From Octopus sinensis (taxonomy: Eukaryota), in contig NC_042997.1 in assembly GCF_006345805.1 (NCBI RefSeq), positions 21,452,001 to 21,516,000 on the forward strand: 64,000 bases of DNA, read 5' to 3'. The position numbers were made by a program, and so were the translations under genes. Of this stretch, positions 10,619 to 24,849 are shown one piece after another. The notes under the pieces were generated by a model, which was not told where the DNA came from, did not search any database, and was given only the letters and a program-made list of their open reading frames with translations. Each line of letters begins with the position of its first letter. Position 1 is the stretch's first letter.

Positions 10619-10671
10619 GCGTTACTAATATTTTCATATATTGAAGAAACTCAAACATATTCTTCAGGCGC
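10619..10671 (-). ncRNA. Decayed minimal hammerhead motif in the Penelope-like 3' UTR
   Basis: GCGC-CUGAAGA-AUAUGUUUGAG-UUUC-UUCAAUAUAU-GAA-AAUAUUAGU-A-ACGC; core intact, ~10-bp helix II, mismatches at 15.2 and 1.1. Confidence 0.6.
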
Positions 10672-10888
10672 AAACCACATATCATAACGAAATAAAGAAA
10701 TTGAATACTAGAAGAAACGCGAAAAAACTGAGAAGGCAGCATATAAAAAACGCAGACAACGGAAAACAAACGTAAACAACGGAAAACGAAAATCAAAAAC
10801 TAAAATGTCAAAAATAAAAAATAAAAAGTAAAAAGCTAAAAGAGCTATCCTCCTTAGACCTTAAACGTTAAGGCTGGAAAGATATCAG

Positions 10889-11350
10889 TCAGTCAGGAAC
10901 AGGCGGAATTTTCCAATTCTTTAAAATATATTTATACACATGCATGCAACCACTGAAAATTTCTGACCCATAGTTCAATAGAGATCTAGGGATGTTAGAT
11001 CTGAACAGTATTTGCGCTCTTTCAGCCAAACAAAGTCTACATTTGTTCGATCCAGTCACATAAGGTATGGATTTTTCAATTACTTCTCATTTAATCAGAT
11101 GCGGTGTTTCGTTATCTTTCAATGTCCATACGTAGCTAGCCAATTTAGTAGCTTTACTTTTGTCCCTATGCCGGAAGGAAGCTATGTGATTGGTATAGCG
11201 ATTTTTAAAGTCACCTTCACATAATCCTATATAGGTCTTCTTATCTGTTGTATTATTATTTAGGGTTGCTGTAACTTCTGCCTCATATATAATAGATTTA
11301 GTCATACATCGTTGGTCAAATGAACAGGATGCTGGGTCGCGACAGTTGCA
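10889..11350 (-). mobile_element. Penelope-like retroelement, C-terminal GIY-YIG endonuclease fragment (pseudogene)
   Basis: CNCRDPASCSFDQRC...SIIYEAEV...KTYIGLCEGDFKNRYTNHIASF...IK*EVIEKSIPYVTGSNKCRLCLAE...LLNYGSEIFSGCMH; stop at 10889-10891. Confidence 0.88.
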
Positions 11351-11351
11351 A

Positions 11352-11681
11352 CTGGGTTGGCAAGAAAGTAATTTCGTTCTTTGCAAAGAGTTACGATATT
11401 TTTAATGACTTTTGTGAATCTTATGATTTTTTTCTTACAAACATTTTTCAGCCGTTACTCTTAGCTTACTTTAGAAGCAAATTGCGTGTAATTTTGTTTA
11501 CAACTCTTAGTTCAGTGTCAATTTTAACATGGAGTGCAAAAACAAATAATTTCGCCATATTTTGCATTTTGATTACCGTAAAGGCAAGAAAGCGATATGT
11601 GAAGTTTATTGTGTTAGTTGTTTCACAGAATGCACATGTTAGAAATGGTTTTAAAAATTCAATTTTGGTAATTTTTCACTT
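11352..11681 (+). mobile_element. Mariner 5' end (TIR-like start plus N-terminal transposase remnant)
   Basis: CTGGGTTGGCAAGAAAGTAATTTCG resembles a mariner TIR; ATG at 11529 gives MECKNK*FRHILHFDYRKGKKA-ICEVY...TCRKWF*KFNFGNFSL. Confidence 0.75.
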
Positions 11682-13299
11682 ATTTCTGAAGAAACTTCCC
11701 CGCTTTCTAAAAAAACTAAAAGTGAAACATTGGGAGTTTGTAGCTTTTTGAAAATGGTGAGGTGATGGGTGGATGTGTGGGAAGGAGATTTTAGTGTTGC
11801 TTTAAGAAACAAGGAAGAAGAAAATTCTTAAATATTCGTAATCTCTGGGTTTTTTTCTCCGTTGATTACCAAGAAAAAAATTGGGAATAGAATTTTAAAA
11901 ATGAAGTAATTGGGATGGGGATGGAGAAAATTAAAATATTGAGAGCGTGTTTTTAGGCGAAATACTCATCCCCTGTATCAAAAATATAGGAATCGGAAAA
12001 AAAAATTCGAAAAAAATAAGGTGGTGGGGATTGTCACCTCGGACATGCTAGAAACAACAAGTAAAGGACAGGGTTTCTGGAGAAACTTCCTTTTACGTTT
12101 ATATCGAAGATAAGGTTTTTAAATACGCTCATCACAAACATGAATTGCAGAACAGTAAAAGGTCATTTCAACTGGATTTGAGCTGTAATTTTGCGCGTGC
12201 ACATAGCAAGAAAAAACATAATTTGTAAACGTGTTTTATTTATTTGTACTTTGAAAAGAGGAGAAAATAAAAAGGCGAAATTTGCTTTGAAATGAGAGCA
12301 GAAAGTGAAAGAGAGGAGAAAGTGAAAAATGTATGCACGTGCATATGAAGTGGACGTGTTTGTGTGTGCGTGTGTGTGAGGGAGAGAAAGAGAGTGAGTA
12401 GAGAGAGAGGGAGTAGAAAGAGAGACAGTGAGGGAGAGAGACAGTGAGGGAGATAGATAGAGAGAGAGAGATGTTTGTGTTATCATGTACGTATTTTATG
12501 CATGTATGCGTAAGTGGTACTCACTTTCTCTCTCTCTCTCTCTCACACACACACAAATAAACGTTACCTTTCATATACACGTACATAAATAGATATGCAT
12601 GCATCTTTTTTGTATGTGTGAGTGTGCATGTGAGTGTGCATGTGTGAGTGTGCATGTGATTGTATTTCCTCATAACATAGGAAAACGAGTGTCTTTTAAT
12701 GAAACTTTTGTGGTTGTGGCTTATTCTAATACGATATATATGTGTACATTTTCAGAAATATTTGTCTGAGTAGAATTATACGTATACGTCAAACACCGGA
12801 TGAAAATTAAAAACATTAGAAGCCAATGAAAATATTGCCTGAAAAATGACCTCAAAATCGTGCGATCTGACCTCGTTTCCGAAGTTATTTTACTTGAAAA
12901 AAAAGAGTTGTCGTGCTAAAAACATAGTTTATGTGGTACACTTTATATATATATATATACATATATGCAGCTTTCTTTTTTATAGTACAGATGTGAATAA
13001 TTCGGAGAAACGTTACTTCCATTATTCACACATCGTCACTATCGTTTTGCAACACTGTAGTTTTGGTCCAAATTGAAAGTGTGAAATGATGTTCACTTTG
13101 TAATGAAACCTGGTCATTGTAGAGCAATATCTTTAAAATAAATATAGCTGGTTATTGAGATAACATAGAAAATATGTAAATGAAAATACAGTCAATTTGG
13201 TAACCGAAAGATTATCGAATCTTCTGATACCCCATACGTCAAAATCGGCAACTCAGTTTTCGCATGCATAAGGAACACACGCACACACATACACACAGA

Positions 13300-13342
<43 letters not shown>

Positions 13343-13375
13343 GCACACACACAAAATCTCTTTTATATATATATA

Positions 13376-13489
13376 CGACGGGCTTCTTCCATTTTCCGTG
13401 TATCAAGGCCCTGGTGGGCTTGAGGCTATAGTAGAAGACTCTTGCACAAGGTGCTCACAGTGGGACGGAACTCGGAACCATGTGGTTGG
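13376..13489 (-). mobile_element. SINE family B, partially deleted
   Basis: CGACGGGCTTCTT...GGCTATAGTAGAAGAC...CAAGGTG...GGAACCATGTGGTTGG. Confidence 0.8.
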
Positions 13490-13871
13490 AGAAATAGTAA
13501 TTTTTATATTTTATGAGGGTAATATGGTCAAGGTTAAATTAGAAATGGTATGAGAAACAGTTGAACGTAAATTGAGAACAGAACGTGACTCAACTGCAAC
13601 TAACCATCTATTGTTAAAGTTCATTCAGTATTTTGTTAATTGTAAGTTTCTAGGTAAACCATGACTTTATATTTACTAGAATATATCATTTATTATTCCG
13701 ATGTAATATAATATTCTTTAGAAAACTAACAAATCGAAATTTGTCCTGTAATCTATATTTCAGCACATATAACTATTATGCTAAATATAACGTTTATAAA
13801 TGATTTATGCTCGTGTATATGAGTGGTCGTCTGTGTTTTCATATCATCATTTCATGTTGAATTCTAATCCT

Positions 13872-13971
<100 letters not shown>

Positions 13972-13996
13972 GCTACTTTGTTTCTTGTTTTCGCAG

Positions 13997-14146
13997 CTCA
14001 GTTTATGTTTCGATCACACAATAACAAACACTGCATTTGAACTCTTCCCTGAAGTTACAGGATTTTTGTGTGGGTCTCTATTTCATAAAGTGTGTAAGAT
14101 CCTTTCAAAACAAGTACGTAATAAAGAGTCGCCAATTTATTCGCAG
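13997..14146 (+). CDS. Candidate 150-nt phase 0-0 coding exon of an unidentified host gene
   Basis: TTTCTTGTTTTCGCAG| acceptor, CAG|GTAAAT donor, 50 open codons LSLCFDHTITNTAFELFPEVTGFLCGSLFHKVCKILSKQVRNKESPIYSQ. Confidence 0.5.
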
Positions 14147-14352
14147 GTAAATACATAAAAGAAGGAAAACTCTAAGTCTATTGTAACAAATATAAGGTGG
14201 AATCAAATACAATATAATTGCCTCAAATCAAACCCAAATACGTGGTAGCCATTCAGCAGTTATACATATATATATATATATACATATACATATACATACA
14301 TATATACATACACACACACATATATATATACATACACACAAACACACACACT

Positions 14353-14410
<58 letters not shown>

Positions 14411-14929
14411 CCTAATTCCAAGGATAACTTTATGCGCAAAATTGTACGTGCGTAAATGAAATTGTCGCCTGAGGGGCACATACAGATTTTGATAATGATC
14501 GCTAACAACAAGAAAACAAAATAAAAAAGAAACTTTTTCTTTATAAAAAATGTTAGCAAGATTATATCAAGTGATTCAATGCAATCTGCATAACATATTC
14601 GGTGAAAGAATTTTATTTCAGCTATATAAGACTGATTGTGTCTAAAGTGGCATCTTCAATATTACTGTCGAACACTGGGAAATGAAAATGCAATTTTTCA
14701 TTCATGATAGCCAGCAAAAATTAGCTTTCTTGGACATTCTACTTATTTTGCTGGCTTTCTACTTTTTGCTCTTATTTTTAGCATATATGTTTTTTTCTCA
14801 TTGCTCGTTCAAAAAATGTATCATGTATTACTTTCCACTATTTTGGTTGTTTTGAATTGACTACGGGACGTGTAACATATATTGCATGTATTCATAACAT
14901 ATATTTGATGAGGAGGTTTATTTATCAGA

Positions 14930-15134
<205 letters not shown>

Positions 15135-15512
15135 AATTATTGTCTTCTTTCACCTATACTCTTGCATTAGATTTCACTAACATCTTTTGAAAGCGTATGT
15201 AATGCAAGTATTTCTCTCAATCTGTTTCACCAAATTTATCTCAGAAGGAATAAATCTCTTTCTTTAGATATCTTTCCGAAACTAGGAATTTCCAATTGAA
15301 AGTTAGAGATTGCTTTTTCCGTATATGTGTTAGCTATCTATCTATCTATATCTATCTCTATCTATCTATATATATACATACATACATACATGCATATATA
15401 TATATGTATATATGTATGTATGAGTATATACATATGTATATATCTATATATAGGTAGATAGATACATAGATAGATAATGTGTGTATACACACGCATACAT
15501 ATAGATATATAC

Positions 15513-15600
<88 letters not shown>

Positions 15601-16429
15601 GTATAATGCTTCATTGAGTTGTAAATATCTTTGAAAATATTAAACAGAAAAGAAATACAGAATAGCTTAGATATATAACTTATTTGCTATTTAATAATTC
15701 TGTAAGTTCCAGAATGAGACCTACAGTCTAGAAGTAGGAATACGCGATGCTGCATAATCGAATGGGTTTCCTATAGATGTGATCAAGTATGTTTGAGTAT
15801 GTAGCAGCAACACCATACCAGTGGCAGTAATACTATCCAATTGTAAATATTATTTATGTTTAGAGATACAGTTTCTGTTCTCGGCTAGGGTATTTTCTAG
15901 ACCTAAAGAGGAAGACACATCTATAGTATTTCTTGTCTCTTCTTTATTTTCCTTTGTTTCGTTTTGTTCTTGTTTTCTATATAAAACTGAGAGTGCTAGG
16001 TCATGAGTGAATGTGAGGTGCAGCCATTAGTAGTGACTTTGAGATTTTATTTTAAATGAATAATTCACAAATAAGCAGTATTTTTACTTTGAATGTGTTC
16101 TTCATTACATGTATTCGTAATATAATTTTCCATCCATGTTTATATCTCTAAAACTTGCATACGATCCCTCGCGAAAATAAATAGATATGAACATTAATTC
16201 TAGCATAATTCCCTTCTCCATCTTCATTACATATTTGCAAAATCGGAATAAGCTCCATTTGTTCTCTCAAAAATTATATAATTTCTATATCCACGAAGAA
16301 TGTAACCCAAAAAATTACACCTTACATATCCATGAAGGATGTAACTAAAGTTTTGCTTCAAGAGGAACTTCTTTAATAATTCAGTTTTATTTCATTTATC
16401 AACTTTCAAATAATGGTTTCTGATTTAAG

Positions 16430-16665
16430 CACAAAACCAGTACTTTTGAGGGGAGGCTGCTTGAGAAGCAAGAGTGAATTATCATGCTATCTCTTTCTAT
16501 GGAAACCCACGCATAGACATTTGGCTATCGGTAGACTAAGAAGAACATATAGTGATCAATTGTGGGAGACTGCATATCAAGTTAATATGAAGACTGTTAT
16601 GGAAGATCGAGAGAACTAGCGAGGAAGAGTTGCATTGGTTCGAACAAGTCGATACCTGACAAGTA
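16430..16665 (+). mobile_element. RTE-type LINE 3' fragment
   Basis: CLRSKSELS-LFLWKPTHRHLAIGRLRRTYSDQL...MEDREN*RGRV resembles the RTE C-terminal W.P.HG...GRP..T..DQL...M.DR..WR motif. Confidence 0.7.
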
Positions 16666-16935
16666 CTATATTTTATCAACCGCCAGGAGTAAAGTTGAGC
16701 TCGTTCAGATTTGGTTTCAGAACTTAAAGAACAGGAACACATATAACAAAGCATTTTGTTCGATACTCAAACGATTTTGCTAATCCATTGCCCTAAATAC
16801 TTGCAAATAAGAAATATGAAATTTTTCGTACAGAATTAAAGATTTGTCTATGATTCACAAATATATTGTTTGATAATCAGCAAAGATGGTGTATCAAGTG
16901 CTCAGCGAATTTTACTGTAAATAGTCAATAAGCAT

Positions 16936-16938
16936 CAG

Positions 16939-16997
<59 letters not shown>

Positions 16998-17030
16998 CAT
17001 CATCATCATCGTCGTCGTTGTTGTTGTTGT
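16936..17030. repeat. (TTA)n grading into CAT/CGT/TGT triplets
   Basis: Direct reading. Confidence 0.95.
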
Positions 17031-19490
17031 TACCACCTTTGCACAGCTTCTAACGCTGGAGATGTACTACAGTGTTAGCTGTTCATTATCAGTGAACTAA
17101 GGTAACACCTATTATTTTTCGAGTACCTTCCGGAGTATTCGAGCGGTTCCAAGCAGTGCTGTTTTCTGCAAGTCCTCCACCCTTATTGCAACCTCTATTT
17201 GTTCCACTACTTCTCGAAAAATTTTGCTCATTGTTCCCAGGGCTCCGACAATTATTGGTACTACTGCTACCGTTTTTATGGACCACAACGGCTTAACCTC
17301 CCAAGCTAACTTGTCATATCTCTCGACTTTCCTGTTGTCCTTATTGCATACCTTGTTGTCAGCTGGGCATGCTATGTCTATGATCCAGCATAGTTTGTAT
17401 TCTTTCTCAATTAAGACTATGTCCGGCTTCCTATCCTCTATCTCATGGTCGAACTATATCATAAAATACCATAGGATCTTTGCATTTCTATTTTTGATGA
17501 TGCCTTCAGGTTTGTGGCGTACCAAATTTTTGCTCTGTCAAGTTCATACTTGTTGCAAAGTGTCCAATGGACAAGCCTGGCTATATTGTCGTGGCGTCTC
17601 TTATATTCCTTCTGGACTAGTGGCGTACATTGGCTGGTAATATGCCATACGGTTTCACAGTTTTGTCCACAGATTCTGCACTTATCACTTTCTGATGTGT
17701 TGTCTATTCTGTATTTTATGTAGTGCGTTCTTAGCGCTTGCTCTTGGGCAGCACAGATTAAAGACTCCGTGTTCCGTTTTAAATTTTAGTCATTCACAGC
17801 CATCTTTTTTCTCTGTCTGTCTTATTTTCAGCATCCCTATGAAATTCATCATGTATTCTTTTCTTTACCCACCTATTTTCAGTTTCATTCGTTTTCAATT
17901 GCTTGTACAGTGCTTTATCTTTGCAATCCTTCATCCTACACAAGCCTGACCTTCCTACTTCTAATAATAGCGGTTCTGTGGCATTTTTTACATACCATAC
18001 TATGTTGTTTCCTTCTGCTCTAATGCTGTAGTCGCATCCAATAAGTCCTCTTCCCCCTCTTTTTCTTGGTACATAAAGTCTGTCTGTGTTACTTTTTGGG
18101 TTCATCAATTTATCCATTTCCAAAATCCCCAAGTACTTATAGCCTGTCTCTTCTACCTGTATCATAACCTCCCCCGACGGTATCGTTAGCCCGCCCATAC
18201 ATGTGGTTTTGTCTCTCTTCATGACTAATACACCGCACTTTCTCAGTCCGAACTCCATTCTGATATCAGCACTGAAAGTATACACCGTATCAACGAATGA
18301 ACTCATTTGGGCTTCATATTTACCATAAAGTTTGAGGTCATCTATGAATAACAAATGGTTGATTTTTTGTTGGCGGATTTTGAATCAGTGTTAGCGGTAT
18401 CAAGCACAGTACAAATATCAGTGGGGACAGGCAGTCCCCTTGGAAGATGTTCCTAAACTTCTTCCGTATGCTGTCAGTTCCGTCCTTCAATTCGCCATAC
18501 TTTTTCCAAGTAATCGCTCAACATTCGTTGCGATACCAAAATTGTTCATAAACTCCATAATCCAAGAATGTGGGATCATATCGTACGCCTTACGATAGTC
18601 GATCCATGACATAGCTAAGTTACTTTTCCTCCTCTTGCAGTCTCTAAGTACAGTTTTCTCTATCAGAAGTTGATCCTTAGTACCTCTACACTTACGCTTG
18701 CAACCCTTCTACTCATGTGGCAGGACTCCATTTTTTCCAGATGTTCGTACATTGACTCTGCGAGTATTCCAGTCAATAATTTCCACAGATTCTGCACTTA
18801 GCACTTTCTGATGTGTTGTCTATTCTGTTTTTTATGTAGTGCGTTCTTAGCGCTTGCTCTTGGGCAGCACAGATTAGAGACTCCGTGGCAAACAGGACAT
18901 CGGCCTGTAATTGTCTGCCGTATTGCCATTTTCGATGTTTTTCAGGCACAGCACTGCCCTACCCAATGTCAACCACTCTGATATTACTTGGTCGGTATTT
19001 AACAAGGTGTTGCGTTGCGCAGCTATTCGTGCATGACATTCACCAAATCTTTTGATCCAGTAGCCTTAAATTCCATCTGGTCCCAGGGCCTTCCAGTTGC
19101 TCATTATTTTGCTGATTTTCTTCACTTCCCTTACTGAAATGACTAGGTCTGCCCGTTTTGGATAGACTACTATTTGTTTCAGTTCTTACAACCATTCAGT
19201 ATCTTTCTTGTGCTCCTTGCCTTTGCTCCGGATGTCACTCCAAAATCTTTGACTTTCAATGTTATCCGGTATCAAATTTTCATCTGTACACTCTCTATTT
19301 ATTTGTTTATAGAATCTATTCTGATCTATTCTGAATAGCCTATTCTGGTGGTAACCCTTCGTTCTTTGGTCGTATCTTACCATCTTTGCTTTCTTTGCAA
19401 CGAAGCGCTGTTTCAGTTCCTCCATTACTACTTTGAGGCTCTTTCTTTCAATATTATACTACCTTTTCAGCGCCCTGTATTTTTACCTAG
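17031..19490 (-). mobile_element. 5'-truncated, internally deleted R4/Dong-clade LINE (RT + CCHC + restriction-like endonuclease)
   Basis: Minus-strand remnants: [108 protein letters not shown]; (TAA)n on the sense strand at both ends. Confidence 0.92.
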
Positions 19491-19502
19491 ATTATTATTA
19501 TT

Positions 19503-19548
<46 letters not shown>

Positions 19549-19622
19549 TTGTTGTTGTTGTTTATGTTGTTTATGTTGTTGTTGTTGTTTATGTTGTTGT
19601 TGTTGTTGTTGTTATTTTGGTG
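19491..19622. repeat. (TTA)/(TTG)n microsatellite
   Basis: Direct reading. Confidence 0.95.
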
Positions 19623-20119
19623 GTAGTCAAAAATTGTTTCAAGTGAGCCTATGTTAACAGTATCTGAAGACGTGCGAATTTGTGTCGATATTGTTATCCA
19701 AGAAAGAGGATGGCAATATGTATAACATAATTTCGAAGCGTGTATTTTGTTAAAAGTATATTTTCAAAATACATTAATCGACTTAATAAGCCTTTCTTTT
19801 GGTTAACTTTCATCGGTGTTGATTGTTTTCGTGGCAATATGACCATAGCTTTATTTTAACGAAAGAGAACTTCTAAGATTTGAAATCAGAACAGAAAAAG
19901 AGCGAATATCAGACTTTATATATGAGTATCAACAAATTCCCGTCCCGGGCATTTCATCTAAGTTTGGTATTTCTTCCATTGATTTCACGTAATAAATAAT
20001 GGTGATTTAATTTCAAAAATTCCACTTGGGTTTTTATAGGATCCAATTATCTAATATGTGACAACTGCATCTATGCGAGCAAATAAGCCTCATCAACAGT
20101 CTTCTTGTTTCGTTTATAC

Positions 20120-20125
20120 ATATAC

Positions 20126-20159
<34 letters not shown>

Positions 20160-20160
20160 C

Positions 20161-20203
<43 letters not shown>

Positions 20204-20208
20204 CATAA

Positions 20209-20240
<32 letters not shown>

Positions 20241-20305
20241 CATATATATATATGTATATATTACATATGCATATACATAAATATATATATATATATATAT
20301 ATATC

Positions 20306-20361
<56 letters not shown>

Positions 20362-20465
20362 ATATACGTATATATATACAAACACACACACACATATATA
20401 GATATACACACAAATATTACACATATATACATTTATGTATACATACATAAATGCATACATACGAC
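20120..20465. repeat. Degenerate (TA)/(CATA) microsatellite
   Basis: Direct reading. Confidence 0.9.
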
Positions 20466-21781
20466 GTTTATTTTGGGAAGCCGAACAATAAATCTGGCTT
20501 CGAATACTAGAAATATATAATTCAATTTAACCGAATTTTAATGCATAAACACACGAGGACATATATCGCGTATACACATAAGTATATGTATAAGGTATTT
20601 ATAAATATACATACATACATATATATATATACACATATATAAGAATGTATGAATGTGAGAATATATTTATGCACGTGCAGATGTATTTTTGTGTATATAT
20701 ATATATATACAGAGAGAGAGGGGGGTATATGCATAGACACGTGTATATGAATACATAATGCATACGTGCATATATTCATATATGCAAAAGCTCACAAACG
20801 TACATAGGCAGAAAGAGTGGGAGGGACAGTGAGAAAGAGGCACAAAAATTTAATTTAAAATTCCATCCCTTTCTTGATACTATATTATACTCCTTTATTG
20901 ACACGATTTGATTATCTGATTTTGAATATCAGTTAGAAAAAAATGTAGATGTTTATTTATTCCTGTTGAATCTTAAAGAATATCGAATAATAATTTCAGA
21001 AAACAACTTGCAAACGATTTTTCTGAAGCTGCTGTGGAAAATGACAAAAAAGGAAACCAATTTCCTTGAACTTATTATAAATTAAACCAAAGCAAATATT
21101 GAAGGCAGATTTGTTTTTCAAATATTTTGCTGAATTACTCCAGAAATATTCCTGCTTATAGCGCTTTTGATTTATTTTCTCGTGAATTTTAATTTAACTA
21201 GAGAAGATATGAAAATATATTAACGTTGTGTTTACTTTGAACTTAATTATTAAAATTAAATTTATTTTATTTTCTACTTAATTAAAATCATTCGGCCGAA
21301 AAGATTAGAATATGTATGACATGGTAAATATAGTAGCAAGATGCTAGTTGATGTTGTACGTCATTTAATTATTTAACAAGAAAACTGACATTCACTTCAA
21401 CAGATTATTTCATAAACTTAGATTATTTAAGTCACGAGCCTAACGTCTTTTGTCTCTTCTTTGTGTTTCTTTCATTTGTTTACATTAGCAATTGAGATGA
21501 TTAATTACTTTTCATTATTGTTAACACTATAGCTAGCTAGAAACCACATTCGCTGCTTATGATTTCTACAATTTTATGTGAACTTACTTTCATTACAATA
21601 ATATTCGAAATATTTTTTTTTACAGATATTCTTTGTAGCTAAATTTCCAATCTAGTCGTTAATTATTGGATTGGTTGATATCATCAAATAAAATTACGCT
21701 TTTCTTGGCAACACATTTGATTAATTTTCGTTGTGATTGTTGTCGCTGCCATTGTTGTTGTTCTTATAGTATTATTATTAT

Positions 21782-21857
<76 letters not shown>

Positions 21858-24849
21858 ATTGATTTGATGAAAGTTGCGACGGTGGCGACCCTAGTAGTTG
21901 TTCATGTTACCGACAATGATACAGCGTTTTAGCATTCACTGTACCACGAGGCGTACTAACAAGGCGATATTTTATATTTTCCTTTAACTGCAGATTTCTT
22001 TAATTGGGAAATCATCATAACTTTATAGAAACCTAATAGGCGTAGTACAATTGGTCAATTAACCTCACTTATAACTGCAATATAATAATCTAGTGAAAGA
22101 ACCGTTGATAATAAAGTTATGGAGAATAATTCTGTAATTCATAAGAAAGAATCGTTTCTATGAATACCCGGGTTGAAATCACAAGTGGCAAAATCATATT
22201 GTTCATCGCTTTCAACAAAAATTTAAGCTATATAACAGAAATTGTTATCTATTTCTCCTCTGTTCATTTTTCTGAAAATATTCAAACTATTTAAACTGTC
22301 AACTGTTGTATAGAGTGTATAACATCAGTTTCTGTGGCTTATATAAATATGTGTAACCATGAGAGTGATTGTGACTATTTTGGGTAATGGAAATGAAACA
22401 TACCTATAATCAAAAGCATTCCAGCCGTGACCATTACGTATTTTCAAGGGTATCTTTGACTACATTATCTGACGTAATATTCGCATTTCTGATTCGATAG
22501 GGTGAGTTTGAGGAAAAATTTTCTGCTACTGCTAGCAGGTTGAGAGGCCGTGCCGAAACTCCTTCGTTTATTTTGAAAGTCACCTTAAACTGATATTCAA
22601 CTTACAACTTCTCGTTGTTTCCTGAAAGCCTTGATTCCAGTGCTTTATTTATAAGCGACAATAATTAAATATTAATCATCATCAATTCTTCTTTCAAAAC
22701 ACAATTATTAAAATCCACTCGTTGATTACAATAAGAAAGAAAATCAATGAATTTATGGGTGATTGATGTAGGACACTATATGCCACGCACATGAAAGAAG
22801 ATTTCTTATATAATCAAAAGCATGATCGATTTAGCTATCGAGATCGAACCAAATCATTTATTTTTCATAAAACCAAATAATCTGGTATGCTATGAAATAG
22901 ATACATGACAAACACGAGCAATACTTCATCCAATTAAATCAAAACCAAATATCAAAAGCGAAGTCCTTTGCCGTCAACACCGAAGGATCGTTACCAATAC
23001 ACCAAATCTCCCTCATGGTTTGGTTATTTAAGTGTTTCATATCTGGCTGCATCTTAATATGGATGTTGCATTTAGTACCTTCCTCAATGTTTAGCCAGCT
23101 TCTGTACTATCCAATGTGACCCAACCCCTGCTGACTCACAAATCTCCTTCATAACCCCTATCCACCTCACGTTCGATCATATCCAGAGCCCAAATTCATT
23201 TGCTAATACTGAGTAAACCGATAAATGTTCTAACGTTGAACATTCTCAACTTTTCAAAAGACCTCAAAGATTAACTATAGCGTATCACCTTATTTTTCCT
23301 TTTAAACTATTTCAGAAATTATCACTTAAACCTCGAAACAAGTTTACTTCAAACATCATTTTAAGAAGATTAATCTCCTACATTAGAGCATTTATAACAG
23401 TGAAGAATATAAAGTTTACAAACTCTATTCTGATCTATTACTTCAGAAACGCCCTACTTGAGAAATTTGTTTTCTCTCCTTGAAATCCATTCAATATTTC
23501 CTTATTATAGGTCCAAACATTTATGAAAAATATGCGATGCAAATTACCGTCCCAAAATAATATATCGCTTGAACAATAGTTATTGGGAAGTACGAATTTG
23601 CTTTATGGAGTGAAAGCTGTATAACATTTAAATGTGTAATATATTTATTTATCTGCATATTTTTTAATAACATTACCCAATGTCCAATAAAAATTTCACT
23701 GTGGATGGAAAAGCTATTTCCTGTGTGATATAAACACCTGTTCTGGGTGTTTAAATGCATTGAGAAAAAAAAAATCTTCTGCTCTTACATAAAGCTGTAA
23801 GAGTAGAGCAAAATCATTATTAGATTTATGGTAGCTGATCTGGCTGGATGCAATCCTTCAGTGTTGCTGTTCCTTCAATCAAACGGAAAAAATTCAAATT
23901 TACGGTTTTATAAATTATTTCTAATTTTGAATTTAACATTCTATTACCATCTATCTAGCTAACTTCCATTTATCTTCATCAGTATGAGTATAAGGAATGC
24001 ATTTACGTATTAAAGAGAGTACATTACTCCCTCGAATGTGAAACTAGCGTTTCACGGCTTACTTTCCATGAAATACATTCAATATATTTCTCCATATCTG
24101 CGTAGATTTAAGCATTCTAGAAATAAGCACTTGATATTGCATTAATACAATACTGTTGCAGCAAATTTGAATTCACGAATCAATCACCTAATTCACTGAG
24201 ATAATCGAAAACTAATATTTTATATTTCATAAATAATTAACGTGATAAGGACTAACAGAAAATTGCCTGGCAATTGAAAATTTTTGATATATCGAAATGT
24301 TTGAGTCCACAATTATCTGATAATCGTTGCATTATTTATGATTTTTGAAAATAACATGGAGTGCATTACTAATTATGATATAAAATATTGCTGTTGTAGT
24401 TTTTGTTAGCATTTTGCTTCATGTTACAACTACTGCTTAGCTCTAGTTCGATTAATATGGGGCAATACTAATCTTTATATTCAAGTTGTAACCACGCCAC
24501 CTTTATCTCCAAGCAATAGATCTAGAATTTCACGGAGATTTGGTTGCTGTTTTTAGACATCGTGTGACCGCATAGGTTTTTCATTTCCTCGCTGTTGTTT
24601 TAATTTGTGTAGGTCTATGACTGTGCTTATGAGAATGCAAATCCTTTATCATATATAGCATTAGTTCCACTGATGGACGTGTGTACTTTATGTTTTCTAA
24701 CCAGAATCTAATTTTCGGCCACACACGTTCTTTCGGATCTCAGTAGCCATATTTTAAATTTATTTTAGATGAATCTGTGAACAATTTTTGTTGTCACTGC
24801 AACATAGCTATTCCGTACAGAATTACGTTACCACCATGTTTTAACCCCG

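Noticed and set aside
23060-23190. Possible RTE C-terminal remnant on the minus strand
   Set aside because: Too short and degenerate to support
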